A stretch of DNA of 64,000 nucleotides from Roseovarius sp. GTDB taxonomy: Bacteria > Pseudomonadota > Alphaproteobacteria > Rhodobacterales > Rhodobacteraceae. This document shows positions 50,250 through 60,757 of the stretch, piece by piece. A program made the position numbers and the translations under genes. Location of the stretch: assembly GCA_045106595.1 (NCBI GenBank), contig JBGCEW010000012.1, positions 220,113-284,112 of the forward strand, given 5' to 3'. How positions within the stretch are numbered: position 1 is the first letter of the stretch; each line of letters starts with the position of its first letter. The notes under the pieces are model-generated. The model had not been told where the DNA came from and did no database searches. It saw only the letters and a list, made by a program, of their open reading frames with translations.

Positions 50250-52298
50250 TTACCGGCGTCCTTCGCGCAGCCATCCGGCCAGAACCAACCCTGAAATCAG
50301 GATCAGCACCAGCCATGCAGGCAGAATTGGTGTTTGGGTCAGGCTCAGCGTCTCATAGGCGTTGCGCGGTGTGATCCCGATCCAACCCCGGCCCACAGCA
50401 GGGCGACCTTCGCGCACTTGCCGGATCGACGGAACACCATCCTCAAGCGCCAAAACCCCGCCATTTGTGGCCTCGGTCAGGGGCAACAGCGGCGCAGCAC
50501 TGGCCAGCGTTTCTTCAAACTCGACCGGGGCGGCAGGGCCAAGCCCGATCACCGCACTCAGCGCGCCGACACTCAGACGATACAGACCAATGTCTGGACC
50601 GTCATACACCGCCTCAAACCGGCCTGGGCTGGTCTCGTTCAGCTCAACCTCCAACGTGTCACCCGACGGAGTGATCACGGTGACAGGGTCAGTGACCTCG
50701 TCCAGTGTCTGACGAATGATGCGCATGGTCTGGCCCGTGGCCTCGGCCCACAGGGCCTCTTCCTCCAGCTCGGGTTCCTTCATCATCCAATGGGCCAGAC
50801 GGCGCAGCAGTTCTAATTGCGGTCCGCCACCCTCATAGCCACGGTTCCACAGCCAGGCATGATCGGATGCCAAAAGTGCCACGCGCCCTTCGCCCACGCG
50901 GTTCAGCACCAGCAGGGGCTTGTCATCAATTCCCGTCATCACGGTATCGCCTGCCTCGGCGGTCACCTCGATCTGGCGCAACCAGCGGCCCCAGGGTTCA
51001 TCCTCGGGCGGGGTCAGCCCGGCAGTGACGGGGTGACGCTCACCCAGATCCGTGACCGTGGGCAGATAGGCCTCCTCCAGCACGCGGGCAGTGGGGCGCG
51101 CAGGTACAACACTTTCAATTGGGGTCCGGTAGATGCTGTCGGCACTGGCGAAATCAGGGCCAGCCGCGATCAGCACCGCGCCGCCCTTTTCCACATAATT
51201 GCGTACATTGTCCAAATAGATCGATGGCAGAATGCCCCGGCGCTTGTAGCGGTCAAAGATGATCAGATCGAAGTCCTCGATCTTCTCCAAAAACAGCTCG
51301 CGCGTTGGAAAGGCAATCAGAGACAGCTCGCGCACCGGCACGCCGTCTTGCTTTTCGGGTGGGCGCAGAATGGTGAAATGCACCAGATCAACCGAACTGT
51401 CCGATTTCAGCAGATTGCGCCATGTGCGCCCGCCAGCATGCGGCTCGCCCGAGACCAGCAAAACGCTCAACCGGTCGCGCACACCGTTTATCTGCACAAG
51501 GGCCGTGTTGTTGCGGTCAGTCAGCTCGCCCTCGACAAAGGGCGTGGAAAATTCCAGCACATTGCGGCCACCATGGGGCAGGCGCAATGGCAGGCTGATA
51601 TCGGTGCCCAGCGCCACCTCAAAGCGTTGCGGTGGCTCACCATCAACCGACACATCCAAAGGAACGCTGGTGCCGGTTTCAGGCGCAGCACCCACATCTT
51701 CCAGTCGCAAGGTCAACGTCACTTCTTCGCCAAGGATGGCAAAGGCGGGTGCGTTCGACACGGTGACCTTTCGGTCCCAATCGGTGCTTTGCCCGGTGTG
51801 CAGCAGATGCAGCGGCGCGGGCATATCAGGCGCGCGTTCCAGATCGTGTAAACGGCCATCTGACAGCAAAATGGCACCGGCAATGCGCCCGCGTGGCTCT
51901 TCAGCCATAGCCTCGCTCAGGGTGGTCATCAATTGCGTGCCAGTGTTTTCCGCGCCATCAGGCACGGTGATGCGGCGCAGTTCGGTGTTCGCCATGGTGC
52001 CCAGTTTGGCCGCCAATGCATCGGCGGCAGATTTGGTGCGGTCGGCACGATCCGACAGCGTTTGACTGGCGCTTTGATCTTCGATCAGCAGCACAATATC
52101 GCTCAGCGTGTCGCGGTCCTCTTGCTGGTAGATCGGCCCGGCCAATGCGCCCAGCACGACCAACCCGGCCAACGCCCTATAGGCCCAGCCCGACAGACCA
52201 CGCCACAAGGCCAACGCCACAACGGTCAGCACCATCCCGCCCAGACAGGCAATCAGCCACCAGGGCAACAGGGGATCAAAGACAACGGATCCGGTCAT
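50250..52298 (-). CDS. membrane protein with vWA-like and GATase-like domains (MoxR cluster)
   Basis: N- and C-terminal TM; DQSAS...LLSDG MIDAS-like; VLLVSGEPH..RTWRNLLKSD..VDLVHFTILR. Confidence 0.8.
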   Translation of the reverse strand: MTGSVVFDPLLPWWLIACLGGMVLTVVALALWRGLSGWAYRALAGLVVLGALAGPIYQQEDRDTLSDIVLLIEDQSASQTLSDRADRTKSAADALAAKLGTMANTELRRITVPDGAENTGTQLMTTLSEAMAEEPRGRIAGAILLSDGRLHDLERAPDMPAPLHLLHTGQSTDWDRKVTVSNAPAFAILGEEVTLTLRLEDVGAAPETGTSVPLDVSVDGEPPQRFEVALGTDISLPLRLPHGGRNVLEFSTPFVEGELTDRNNTALVQINGVRDRLSVLLVSGEPHAGGRTWRNLLKSDSSVDLVHFTILRPPEKQDGVPVRELSLIAFPTRELFLEKIEDFDLIIFDRYKRRGILPSIYLDNVRNYVEKGGAVLIAAGPDFASADSIYRTPIESVVPARPTARVLEEAYLPTVTDLGERHPVTAGLTPPEDEPWGRWLRQIEVTAEAGDTVMTGIDDKPLLVLNRVGEGRVALLASDHAWLWNRGYEGGGPQLELLRRLAHWMMKEPELEEEALWAEATGQTMRIIRQTLDEVTDPVTVITPSGDTLEVELNETSPGRFEAVYDGPDIGLYRLSVGALSAVIGLGPAAPVEFEETLASAAPLLPLTEATNGGVLALEDGVPSIRQVREGRPAVGRGWIGITPRNAYETLSLTQTPILPAWLVLILISGLVLAGWLREGRR

Positions 52299-55042
52299 TG
52301 GCCCAACCTGTTCAGCAACGCAGGCACATGGACCTGATCAGATTTGTAATTCCCAGTCAGCACATGCATCACCAGATTGACGCCAAACCGATACGCCAGT
52401 TCGCGCTGGCGTTCCCCGGCAAAACCACGGCCCACAGGCAGCATCGGGTTGCCCCGCGCATCCATCGCCCAGGCCGACATCCAGTCATTGCCGCCGATCA
52501 CCACAGGGCTGACCCCATCGTTGAGATTACGGAACGGCATGCCCTCGATCTGTTCAGCATCGGCAGGGGCTGCCTCAACCCAAACCCGGCGGCCGGAATG
52601 ACGGCCCGGGAAATCCTGCAGCAAATAGAACGTGCGGGTCAGCACATGATCATCCGGCATTGGCTCAAGCGGGGGAATGTCCAGCGGCGCAGCCAGCTGT
52701 TGCAGTTTGGCCCCATTGGGCGAAGACGCCCCAAACCCCGAGACATTGGCATCACGCGTGTCAAACACGATCATGCCACCGGTGCGCAGATAGGTGTTCA
52801 GCTTGGCATAAGCCTCGGTGCTGGGGATCGGCTGATCAGGGGTGATCGGCCAGTACAGCAACGGAAACACTGCCAGCTCGTCGGTTTCCAGATCAACACT
52901 CACCGGATCGGCAGGTTCAACAGACGTGCGGAAAAACAAGGTTTGCGTTAGCCCAAACAGCCCTGCGCGCGCGGTGTCGTCAATCTCGGGGCTGCCGGTC
53001 AGAACATGGGCCAGCACAACCTCGGACGTGGCAGCAAGGGTCTTATCCTCTTGGGCAAAGGCATCCTGTGGCACCATGAACAGCGCCAGGATCATCGCCA
53101 CAGCGCGGGCAGGCAACAACCGGCCCGACAGGGCAAGTGATGCCAACACATCCACCGACAGCAAGATCAGCGCCAGAGCCAGCAACCAGCCACCAAGGGG
53201 CTGCTGCACCGGTCGGGTCAACCCTGTGACAGGCACATCCGCAGGCCAGCTGACCGGGGTCAATTCGCTGTCCGCCGTCACAACGTTGCGGGCAATCCGC
53301 CGATCCGGCCCATCGTACAGACCCGGCTGCAATTCAGTCCCCAAAGGGGCATCGATCAAACGTTCACCCGGCACTCCGGGCAGGTTGCCCGCATCCAAAA
53401 GAGCACCTTGGGCGGCCAGCACCTTGATGGGTTGCCATGTGGTGCCCGCCAGCTCTTCGCCGGTGGGCAAACTGGCCGAAGCGGAAATGGCCAGCCGTTC
53501 CAGCATCTGCACAAACAGGCCCGACAACGGCAGGCTGGACCATTCGGCATTGGCAGTGACATGGAACAACACCACCTGCCCTTGCCCGATGCGTTTGCGT
53601 GTGACCAAAGGCGTGCCATCAGTCAGCTGCGCCACAACGCGGTTGGCAAGGGTGGGATCAGGCTGCGCCATGACTTGCGCGCTGACGGTTACATCACCCG
53701 GGATCTCAAGGCCAAAGAAGGGGCTGGTTTCACTGAAGGGGGCCAGCGCTTTCGGCTCACCCCAACTCATGGCACCACCCACCGACCGGCCTCCGGCGCG
53801 CAGACGCACGGGCATCAACGCGTCCTCTACCTCGCGCGAGACATCACTGGCCGCCAGCCGTGGCCCGGCAAACCGCAGCAGAACACCGCCCTGCTCGATC
53901 CATTCCAGCACCTGTGCGGCCTCACCCTCGGACAGGGTTGCCACATCAGCCAGCACGATGGCATCCGGGTTGGCAGGCAAAATATCGGTCAGCGCACCGT
54001 CCAGCAAATCAGCAGTGGGGATCAAGGCTTGTTCCAGGTAATGCAGCGGCGATAACAGCTCCAGCCCTTCACGGTCTTCGCGACCGGCAAGCAGCGCCAC
54101 TTCGCGCCGTTTCAAAGTATCATCTGACAAGGTCACAGCCCCTGCGGTATCCTGACCAACAATCTGGAACTGGCTCAGACGTGCGCGCAATTCAGGTGGC
54201 AGCGACAGTTGGCCTTTGACCTCGGTTTCGCCCTCATCGAATGTCATGGGCAATGTGGCCAGCACCCGCAGCACGCCCGACGGATCACGCCCCGAGGCCG
54301 CAACGTTGATGTCTCGCGCAGGGCCAGGTGCCGCACGCCGGGCCGTCAATTCCAGATTGCCATCCACCAACGTGGCCGGAGCCAGCGCCAGAATGGGTCT
54401 GGGGCTTTCGTATACCGACACCGGGCCCAGTGCCTGCAACGCGCTCAGCAATTCATCGCGGCCAGAACGTGCCAGCCCATCCGAGAACCAGCGCGTTTCA
54501 ACCTTGTCTTGCCCCAACAAACTGGCGGCCAAACCCATGTCATCCTCGCTTGCCATCCAAGCGTCCGGGCCCATGCCCGTCAGGCGACTGCGCCACACTT
54601 CGGCAGATTGAAACACGGGCGCCTCGGGCGCACTGAGGCGCATCAGGGCCACGGGCCGACTGTCGCGCCCGGCCTCGCTCAGCATATCCCCAAGCAAGGC
54701 ACGTTGTGCGCCCCAATCGCGTGCACTGGCCCACGAGCTGTCAAGCACCACCAGCAAAGGCAGCTCTGATCCGGCATCCGCGTCGTCATCGGGGTTCAGG
54801 ACCGGACCTGCCAGCCCCACGATCACAGCGGCCACCGCCAGCATGCGCAGCAACATCAGCCACCATGGTGTGCGATCTGTTACGCTGTCATCGTCTTTCA
54901 GCCCGATCAGCAACGCCACACCGGGGAACATCCGGCGCACCGGCGCAGGTGGCACGGCGCGCAGGATCAGCCACAAGACAGGCAACAGGGCCAATGCCAA
55001 CAGCAACCACGGGGCTGCAAATCCCAAGGGGCCAATCGTCAT
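52295..55042 (-). CDS. BatA-type N-terminal double-TM / vWA-like / DUF4159 fusion protein
   Basis: APWLLLAL..LP.LW..L, LRML.....GLAGP, C-terminal FPLLYWP, YLRTGGMIVFD, AYRFGVNLVMHVLTGNYKSDQVH. Confidence 0.82.
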   Translation of the reverse strand: MTIGPLGFAAPWLLLALALLPVLWLILRAVPPAPVRRMFPGVALLIGLKDDDSVTDRTPWWLMLLRMLAVAAVIVGLAGPVLNPDDDADAGSELPLLVVLDSSWASARDWGAQRALLGDMLSEAGRDSRPVALMRLSAPEAPVFQSAEVWRSRLTGMGPDAWMASEDDMGLAASLLGQDKVETRWFSDGLARSGRDELLSALQALGPVSVYESPRPILALAPATLVDGNLELTARRAAPGPARDINVAASGRDPSGVLRVLATLPMTFDEGETEVKGQLSLPPELRARLSQFQIVGQDTAGAVTLSDDTLKRREVALLAGREDREGLELLSPLHYLEQALIPTADLLDGALTDILPANPDAIVLADVATLSEGEAAQVLEWIEQGGVLLRFAGPRLAASDVSREVEDALMPVRLRAGGRSVGGAMSWGEPKALAPFSETSPFFGLEIPGDVTVSAQVMAQPDPTLANRVVAQLTDGTPLVTRKRIGQGQVVLFHVTANAEWSSLPLSGLFVQMLERLAISASASLPTGEELAGTTWQPIKVLAAQGALLDAGNLPGVPGERLIDAPLGTELQPGLYDGPDRRIARNVVTADSELTPVSWPADVPVTGLTRPVQQPLGGWLLALALILLSVDVLASLALSGRLLPARAVAMILALFMVPQDAFAQEDKTLAATSEVVLAHVLTGSPEIDDTARAGLFGLTQTLFFRTSVEPADPVSVDLETDELAVFPLLYWPITPDQPIPSTEAYAKLNTYLRTGGMIVFDTRDANVSGFGASSPNGAKLQQLAAPLDIPPLEPMPDDHVLTRTFYLLQDFPGRHSGRRVWVEAAPADAEQIEGMPFRNLNDGVSPVVIGGNDWMSAWAMDARGNPMLPVGRGFAGERQRELAYRFGVNLVMHVLTGNYKSDQVHVPALLNRLGQ

Positions 55043-55917
55043 GCGCCTGCCCCTCCGTCAATGGCCGTGTAGAGCCACAACAACGCCGACTGAGCACTGT
55101 CAGACGTATGGTGGCACTGATACCGCCAACCGGTCATGGCACACAGCTGTGCCAGTTCAGCCTTACGTTCGGCCAGACGCGCAAGATACCTGTCGCGCAG
55201 ATCGTTGGCCTTCAGCGTTTCATGCGCAAGCGTGCCGCCCATAGATTGAAAGATCGTGCGCCCGCGGTAGGGAAATGCCTCTTCGGCCGGGTCAAGAACT
55301 TGCATCACGATACCTTGCACACCGCGATCTGCGGCGGCGGTCAGTGCGGTTTTGACGCCTGCAATATCGCCCATGAAATCTGACAGCAGCAGCGCACGGC
55401 CATGTGCAGGCATGCCGCGCATATCGGGGCTGCCATAGTCGTCGTCATGATCGTTCAGCAACGCATCCGCCAAGCGCATGATCTGCGCCTCACCGCGCCG
55501 GGGTGGCAGGGTGGTGCCGGTCAGGCCCACACGTTCGCCCGCACGGTTCAGCAATATGGCCACAGACATCGCCAAAAGCTGCGCACGGTCGGCCTTTTCG
55601 GGCAGGCCTTTGTCAGACGCAAACCGCATCGAAGCGGCGTTATCCACCCACAGCATCACCGATTGCGCAATCTGCCATTCGCGTTGCTTTACGAACTGCG
55701 TGTCCGATTTGGCCGAACGTCGATGGTCGATCAGCCGCCGCGAGTCCCCAGGCTGCACAGGGCGGTATTGCCAGAAATCATCCCCCAACCCCGAGCGCCT
55801 GCGCCCGTGTTCACCCAATAGCACGGCACCGGCCAAATGCTCGGCGCGGGCCAGCAAGGGTGGCAGGCGGGCGGCCTCATGTTCGGCGCGCGCACGAAGA
55901 GGAAGGGTTTGGGTCAC
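55039..55917 (-). CDS. DUF58 domain protein
   Basis: GEHGRRRSGLGDDFWQYR..QPGD..R.ID.RRSAK, SDF. Confidence 0.88.
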   Translation of the reverse strand: MTQTLPLRARAEHEAARLPPLLARAEHLAGAVLLGEHGRRRSGLGDDFWQYRPVQPGDSRRLIDHRRSAKSDTQFVKQREWQIAQSVMLWVDNAASMRFASDKGLPEKADRAQLLAMSVAILLNRAGERVGLTGTTLPPRRGEAQIMRLADALLNDHDDDYGSPDMRGMPAHGRALLLSDFMGDIAGVKTALTAAADRGVQGIVMQVLDPAEEAFPYRGRTIFQSMGGTLAHETLKANDLRDRYLARLAERKAELAQLCAMTGWRYQCHHTSDSAQSALLWLYTAIDGGAGA

Positions 55918-56921
55918 GCAGCAGCCTCAACCCGAGTGATGTTTTGAGTGGTCGCATTGATCAGCCCGGCCAGCGTATCACCGCGTGCCCGCGCCGCAAA
56001 GCTTAGCGCCATGCGGTGGCTGAGCACCGGTGCGGCCATGGCAGCCACGTCGTTGACGTCAGGTGCCAGACGCCCTTGCAACATGGCACGCGCCCGCACG
56101 GTCAGCATCAGGGCCTGCGCTGCACGTGGGCCAGGACCCCAGGCCACGGTTTCGCGCACTTGGTCGCTGGCATCGGGATCTTGCGGACGGAAAGCCCGCA
56201 CCAGATCCAAGATGGCTTCCATCACGCTTTCGCCTACGGGCATCCGGCGCAGCAGCGTCTGCGCCTCGACCAGCTCGGCGGCGGTAAAGACCTCATGCGC
56301 GTTGTCCTCTTCCACGCCGGTCGTGGCCAGCAGGATGTCACGCTCGGTGTCACGATCGGGGTACGGCACATCAATCTGAACCAAAAACCGGTCAAGTTGC
56401 GCCTCGGGCAAGGGATAGGTTCCTTCCTGCTCAATCGGGTTTTGCGTGGCCAGCACATGAAACGGTTTGTCCAATGCACGGTCTTGCCCGGCCACCGTCA
56501 CCTGACGTTCCTGCATCGCCTGCAACAGCGCCGATTGTGTACGCGGGCTGGCACGGTTGATCTCATCCGCCATCAGAAGCTGGCAAAAGATCGGGCCTTC
56601 GATAAATTTGAACGCCCGGCTGCCATCACTGCCCGTTTCCAGCACTTCCGACCCCAAAATATCCGAAGGCATCAGATCCGGCGTGAACTGAATGCGGTTG
56701 CCATTCAGACCCATCACGGTGCTCAGCGTTTCAACCAGCCGTGTTTTGCCCAATCCCGGCAAACCAATCAGCAATCCGTGCCCGCCACACAAAAGCGCGG
56801 ACAGCGACAGATCAACCACATTCTGCTGGCCGATAAAGCGCCGGGTGATCGAGGCCCGCGCCTGCGCCAGCTTGTCTTCCAGCGCCTCGATGCCTTCCAG
56901 CAAATCGGTCTGATCGGTCAT
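55914..56921 (-). CDS. MoxR family AAA+ ATPase
   Basis: Walker A GLPGLGKT, RIQFTPDLMPSDI, Walker B LMADEINRA, ATQNPIEQEGTYPLPEAQLDRF. Confidence 0.95.
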   Translation of the reverse strand: MTDQTDLLEGIEALEDKLAQARASITRRFIGQQNVVDLSLSALLCGGHGLLIGLPGLGKTRLVETLSTVMGLNGNRIQFTPDLMPSDILGSEVLETGSDGSRAFKFIEGPIFCQLLMADEINRASPRTQSALLQAMQERQVTVAGQDRALDKPFHVLATQNPIEQEGTYPLPEAQLDRFLVQIDVPYPDRDTERDILLATTGVEEDNAHEVFTAAELVEAQTLLRRMPVGESVMEAILDLVRAFRPQDPDASDQVRETVAWGPGPRAAQALMLTVRARAMLQGRLAPDVNDVAAMAAPVLSHRMALSFAARARGDTLAGLINATTQNITRVEAAA

Positions 56922-56978
56922 GGCAAAACTCCTAAGTGAACTATATTCGTATGGTAGAGTGTATAGCGCCCGATCAAA

Positions 56979-57575
56979 ATGGCAAAAGCAATGAGCGACA
57001 AACAGATCACGACACCGTCAGCAGACGGAATAGAGGCCTCGGCCCGCGCCGCGCGCAATCAAAAAGGATTGCCGCCGGTTCACAGCTGGAACCCGCCGTT
57101 TTGTGGCAATCTGGACATGCGTATCGCCCGTGACGGCACATGGTATTACCAGGGCACGCCGATCACGCGGCCAGGGCTGGTCAAACTGTTCTCGACCATT
57201 TTGCGCCGGGATGGCGACGATTATGTACTGGTGACCCCGGTTGAGAAGGTTGGAATCACCGTAGACGACGCGCCCTTTGTGGCCGTGGACTTCGAAGTTG
57301 CCGGAACAGGTGCCGCACAAACACTGTGCTTTGAAACCAATGTTGGCGATCACACCGTGGCCAGCGCTGACACGCCCCTTCGCATTGAACGCGACCCAGA
57401 CACACACCAGCCCGCGCCCTATGTGGTGGTGCGCGACAACCTTGAGGCGCTGATTGACCGCAAGAGTTTTTATCGCCTGATTGAAATCGGCACGCATCAC
57501 GATGGGTGGTTCGGGCTGTGGTCCTCCGGGCAGTTTTTCCCGATCATCGCATCGGATGAGCTGCCGGCTGATTAG
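56979..57575 (+). CDS. DUF1285 domain protein
   Basis: PPVHSWNPPFCG.LDMRI..DGTW.YQG.PI.R..LVKLFS.IL, LVTPVEKVGI.VDDAPF. Confidence 0.85.
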   Translation: MAKAMSDKQITTPSADGIEASARAARNQKGLPPVHSWNPPFCGNLDMRIARDGTWYYQGTPITRPGLVKLFSTILRRDGDDYVLVTPVEKVGITVDDAPFVAVDFEVAGTGAAQTLCFETNVGDHTVASADTPLRIERDPDTHQPAPYVVVRDNLEALIDRKSFYRLIEIGTHHDGWFGLWSSGQFFPIIASDELPAD

Positions 57576-57708
57576 CCCGCCACCAACAATATGATTGAAT
57601 GCAAGGAAAGTTATTCAACTTATAGTATAAATAAGTGAAGACGTTTGCGCGCAGTTCGTGCTAGGATGCCTCTATTAGGGATAACCTGTCGTCATAGGGG
57701 TCGACCGG

Positions 57709-59277
57709 ATGGCGAAAAATTTACTGCGCTTCTGGCGTGAAGATTCTGATCCTTTCGAGGCGCTGTTTGATCTTGCGCCGATTGCGATGCATTCGATTGA
57801 CCGCGATGGTAAATTGCTGAATGCCAGCCACTTCTGGGCCGAGAAGCTGGGTTATACCCGCGACGAAATGATCGGCAGAAAATCTACTGAGTTTTTGACA
57901 CCCGCCTCGCAACAAGACGCGATTGACAAGGTGCTGCCCGGTTTCTTTAAACATGGCGTCACGGACGCAGTCGAATACGATTTCGTCAAAAAATCCGGAG
58001 AGGTTGTTCCGGTCATCCTGTCTGCCATCGCGCAATATGATTCCCAGGGCAATTTTGCGCGGTCACTGGCGATCATGTTCGACAATTCAGAAAACAAGCG
58101 CCTGTGGTCCGAGCTGACGCATAACCTGCGCATGCGGGCCTTGGGACAGCTGGTCGCCGGTGTGGCGCATGATTTCAACAACATCCTGACAGTGATCAAA
58201 GGTAATATCGAATTTCTGATCGAAGACCCGAACGATCCCAACCGTGACGATCTGATGCGCGACACGTGGCGTTCAGCGGAACGTGGTGCGGCGTTGACGC
58301 AGATGTTGCTGTCTTACGGGCAACGCAGCCACCTGCGCCCCAAAGAGGCCAATCTGAACAACGTTATCCGCGAGATGGATCACATGATCCGCAGGGTCTT
58401 GCCGTCAAAACTGGATATCTCGGTGGTGACTGCGGGCGGGCTGTGGGGCGTCAATCTGGACACCCACCAGCTGGAAACTGCGCTGATGAACATCCTCAAC
58501 AACGCCCGTGACGCAATGCCCCTGGGCGGGCAGATCACGATTGAAACCTGCAATGTTCGGATCTCCGAAGAATTCATCGCCGCGCGAGACGAAGATATCC
58601 TGCCGGGCCGCTATGTGATGCTGGCCATTTCGGACACAGGTGATGGGATCAGCCCCGAAATGGTCGACCGGGTGTTCGAGCCTTATTTTACGACCAAACC
58701 CTTTGGGCAAGGCTCGGGTTTGGGGCTGTCGATGGTGTTTGGCTATGTCAAACAATCAGGCGGCACGATCCGGGTCTACTCGGAAGAAGGGTTTGGCACG
58801 ACGTTCAAACTGTATTTTCCAGCTGTCAGCTTTGGCTCTACAGCGTCTGAGGCCAATCAGGACACCAAACCGCGTGTTGTGCCCACCCCTCTGGCAGATG
58901 TGTTGATCGTGGAAGATGAAAACGATGTGCGCCGGGTGCTGGCGAAACAAATCGCAAAGGGGGGCTACAGCGTGTCGCAGGCCAAGAATGGCGATGAGGC
59001 GTTTACCCTGTTGAACACCGGATACCGGCCAAAGGTTATGGTGACAGATATCATCATGCCCGGCGCGTTGCAGGGGCCCGAACTGGCCGAACGCGCCCGC
59101 GATCTGATTGACGGGCTTGAGGTGATTTTTGTCTCGGGTCTGCCGCAAGAGGCGGCGATCAACAGCAGCTCGATGTTGGAAAATGATGTGCTTATCCAAA
59201 AGCCCATCGACAGCGGGGCCTTGCTGCGGGAAATCGAAACAGCCCTTGGTGCGCAGCCGCCCGAGGACGACGCATAA
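57709..59277 (+). CDS. cytoplasmic PAS hybrid histidine kinase/response regulator (CckA/NtrB-type kinase core)
   Basis: PAS domain; H-box AGVAHDFNNIL; NILNNARDAM; DTGDGI; FTTKPFGQGSGLGL; REC with VTDIIMPG. Confidence 0.92.
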   Translation: MAKNLLRFWREDSDPFEALFDLAPIAMHSIDRDGKLLNASHFWAEKLGYTRDEMIGRKSTEFLTPASQQDAIDKVLPGFFKHGVTDAVEYDFVKKSGEVVPVILSAIAQYDSQGNFARSLAIMFDNSENKRLWSELTHNLRMRALGQLVAGVAHDFNNILTVIKGNIEFLIEDPNDPNRDDLMRDTWRSAERGAALTQMLLSYGQRSHLRPKEANLNNVIREMDHMIRRVLPSKLDISVVTAGGLWGVNLDTHQLETALMNILNNARDAMPLGGQITIETCNVRISEEFIAARDEDILPGRYVMLAISDTGDGISPEMVDRVFEPYFTTKPFGQGSGLGLSMVFGYVKQSGGTIRVYSEEGFGTTFKLYFPAVSFGSTASEANQDTKPRVVPTPLADVLIVEDENDVRRVLAKQIAKGGYSVSQAKNGDEAFTLLNTGYRPKVMVTDIIMPGALQGPELAERARDLIDGLEVIFVSGLPQEAAINSSSMLENDVLIQKPIDSGALLREIETALGAQPPEDDA

Positions 59278-59287
59278 ACTGCATTCG

Positions 59288-60625
59288 TCAGCTGTTCAGA
59301 TGCGCCTGAAGATCGGCAAAGCTACGGTCCAGTGCGTCCAGCACCGGGGCAATGTCATCCATCGATAAACACAGCGGCGGCACCATGCGCAGCACGTTCT
59401 TGAAGTTGCCAGACTTGGACACCACCAACCCATGTTCGCGCGTCCGCTCAAACACGAATGCGGTCTCATCCGGGGCTGGCTCTTTGGTGGCGCGGTCCTT
59501 AACCAACTCAATTGCTTGCATAAATCCGGTTCCGCGCACATCACCAATGATCGGATACCGTGCGGCCAGATCTTGCAGGCCCTTGTGCAGCACCGCCCCT
59601 ACATCGCGGGCATTTTCAATCATGTTGTCGTCGCGGATAACCTGCAACACAGCCCGGCCCGCAGCACAGGCGGCGGGGTTTGCGCCGTACGTGTGGAACA
59701 GAAATTTGCCATCCATCGCCTCGGCCACATCGCGCCGGGCGATCACTGCGCCCAAGGGGATGCCATTGCCGATGCCCTTGGCCAACACCATGATGTCAGG
59801 CACCACGCCGTGGGCGTCTGAGGCCCACATGGCCTTGCCGGTTTTGCCAAAACCTGACTGCACCTCATCGATGATCATCAGACCACCTTTGGCGCGGATA
59901 CGCTCGGCGGCGCCTTGCAGATAGCCCTCGGGCATCTCGACAATACCGCCATACCCTTGCACCGGCTCAACAATCATACCGGCCACGTGACCAGAGGTGG
60001 TGCAGGCCAAAACCCTGTCCAGCTCATCCAGATAGGGCTGCGTGCCGGCACCGAATGCACCGCGATATTGGTTGGGTTCGGCTGCGAAGGTGATATTGGC
60101 TAACATACCGACATTATGGCGGAAATTCTGCACACCTGTCACGGCCTGGGCCCCATACGTGGCCCCGTGATACGAGTTTCTGAGTGCCACAATATCGTGG
60201 TTGCCGGTCGCGGCCCGCGCCATCATCAGCGCCAGGTCAATCGCCTCGGTGCCGGAGTTGGTGAAATGCACCACCCAATCGTGACCGTCGGGCATGGTCG
60301 CCGCCAGCTCCTCGGCGAAATGAGCGGGGACGGGATGGTAGAACATCGTGGTGCAATGGGTCAGCTCGGCCACCTGAGCCTGCACCGCAGACACCACCGC
60401 CGGATGCGCGTGGCCCACGGAAATACACAGGTTCATTCCCAACAGATCGGTCAGCTTGTTGCCCTGCTCGTCCCAAACGTATTGCATCGATCCTTTCTTC
60501 AAAATCAATGGCTTAGCATAGGGCACAAAGCCCCGCTGCGAGGCGGCATAGTAGCGATCACGCTTGGCGATAATGTCTTGCGTTGACCATGTGACCGGTG
60601 CGGGGGATGATGATGGGCCGTCCAT
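59288..60625 (-). CDS. class-III PLP aminotransferase (AGXT2-like)
   Basis: FTNSGTEAIDLA, SYHGAT, IVEPVQGYGG, IDEVQSGFG, VLAKGIGNG. Confidence 0.88.
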   Translation of the reverse strand: MDGPSSSPAPVTWSTQDIIAKRDRYYAASQRGFVPYAKPLILKKGSMQYVWDEQGNKLTDLLGMNLCISVGHAHPAVVSAVQAQVAELTHCTTMFYHPVPAHFAEELAATMPDGHDWVVHFTNSGTEAIDLALMMARAATGNHDIVALRNSYHGATYGAQAVTGVQNFRHNVGMLANITFAAEPNQYRGAFGAGTQPYLDELDRVLACTTSGHVAGMIVEPVQGYGGIVEMPEGYLQGAAERIRAKGGLMIIDEVQSGFGKTGKAMWASDAHGVVPDIMVLAKGIGNGIPLGAVIARRDVAEAMDGKFLFHTYGANPAACAAGRAVLQVIRDDNMIENARDVGAVLHKGLQDLAARYPIIGDVRGTGFMQAIELVKDRATKEPAPDETAFVFERTREHGLVVSKSGNFKNVLRMVPPLCLSMDDIAPVLDALDRSFADLQAHLNS

Positions 60626-60757
60626 GAAACCTCCTGATATGCGAGTGCATCAACAGCGTAGGAGGACCGCGTGATTTAGGCAAAGGATATGTGCGGTTGG
60701 GAAGTCGGCACAGGTTTTCCCCTTGGGCATGCAGCGCTTAAATCTTAGGTTAGAAGC

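Noticed and set aside
52016-54055. Several 200-400-aa + strand ORFs opposite the DUF4159 gene
   Set aside because: Antisense shadows with atypical Ser/Arg-rich composition
60737-60753. Possible CtrA box TTAA-N7-GTTA
   Set aside because: Second half-site has two mismatches; too weak
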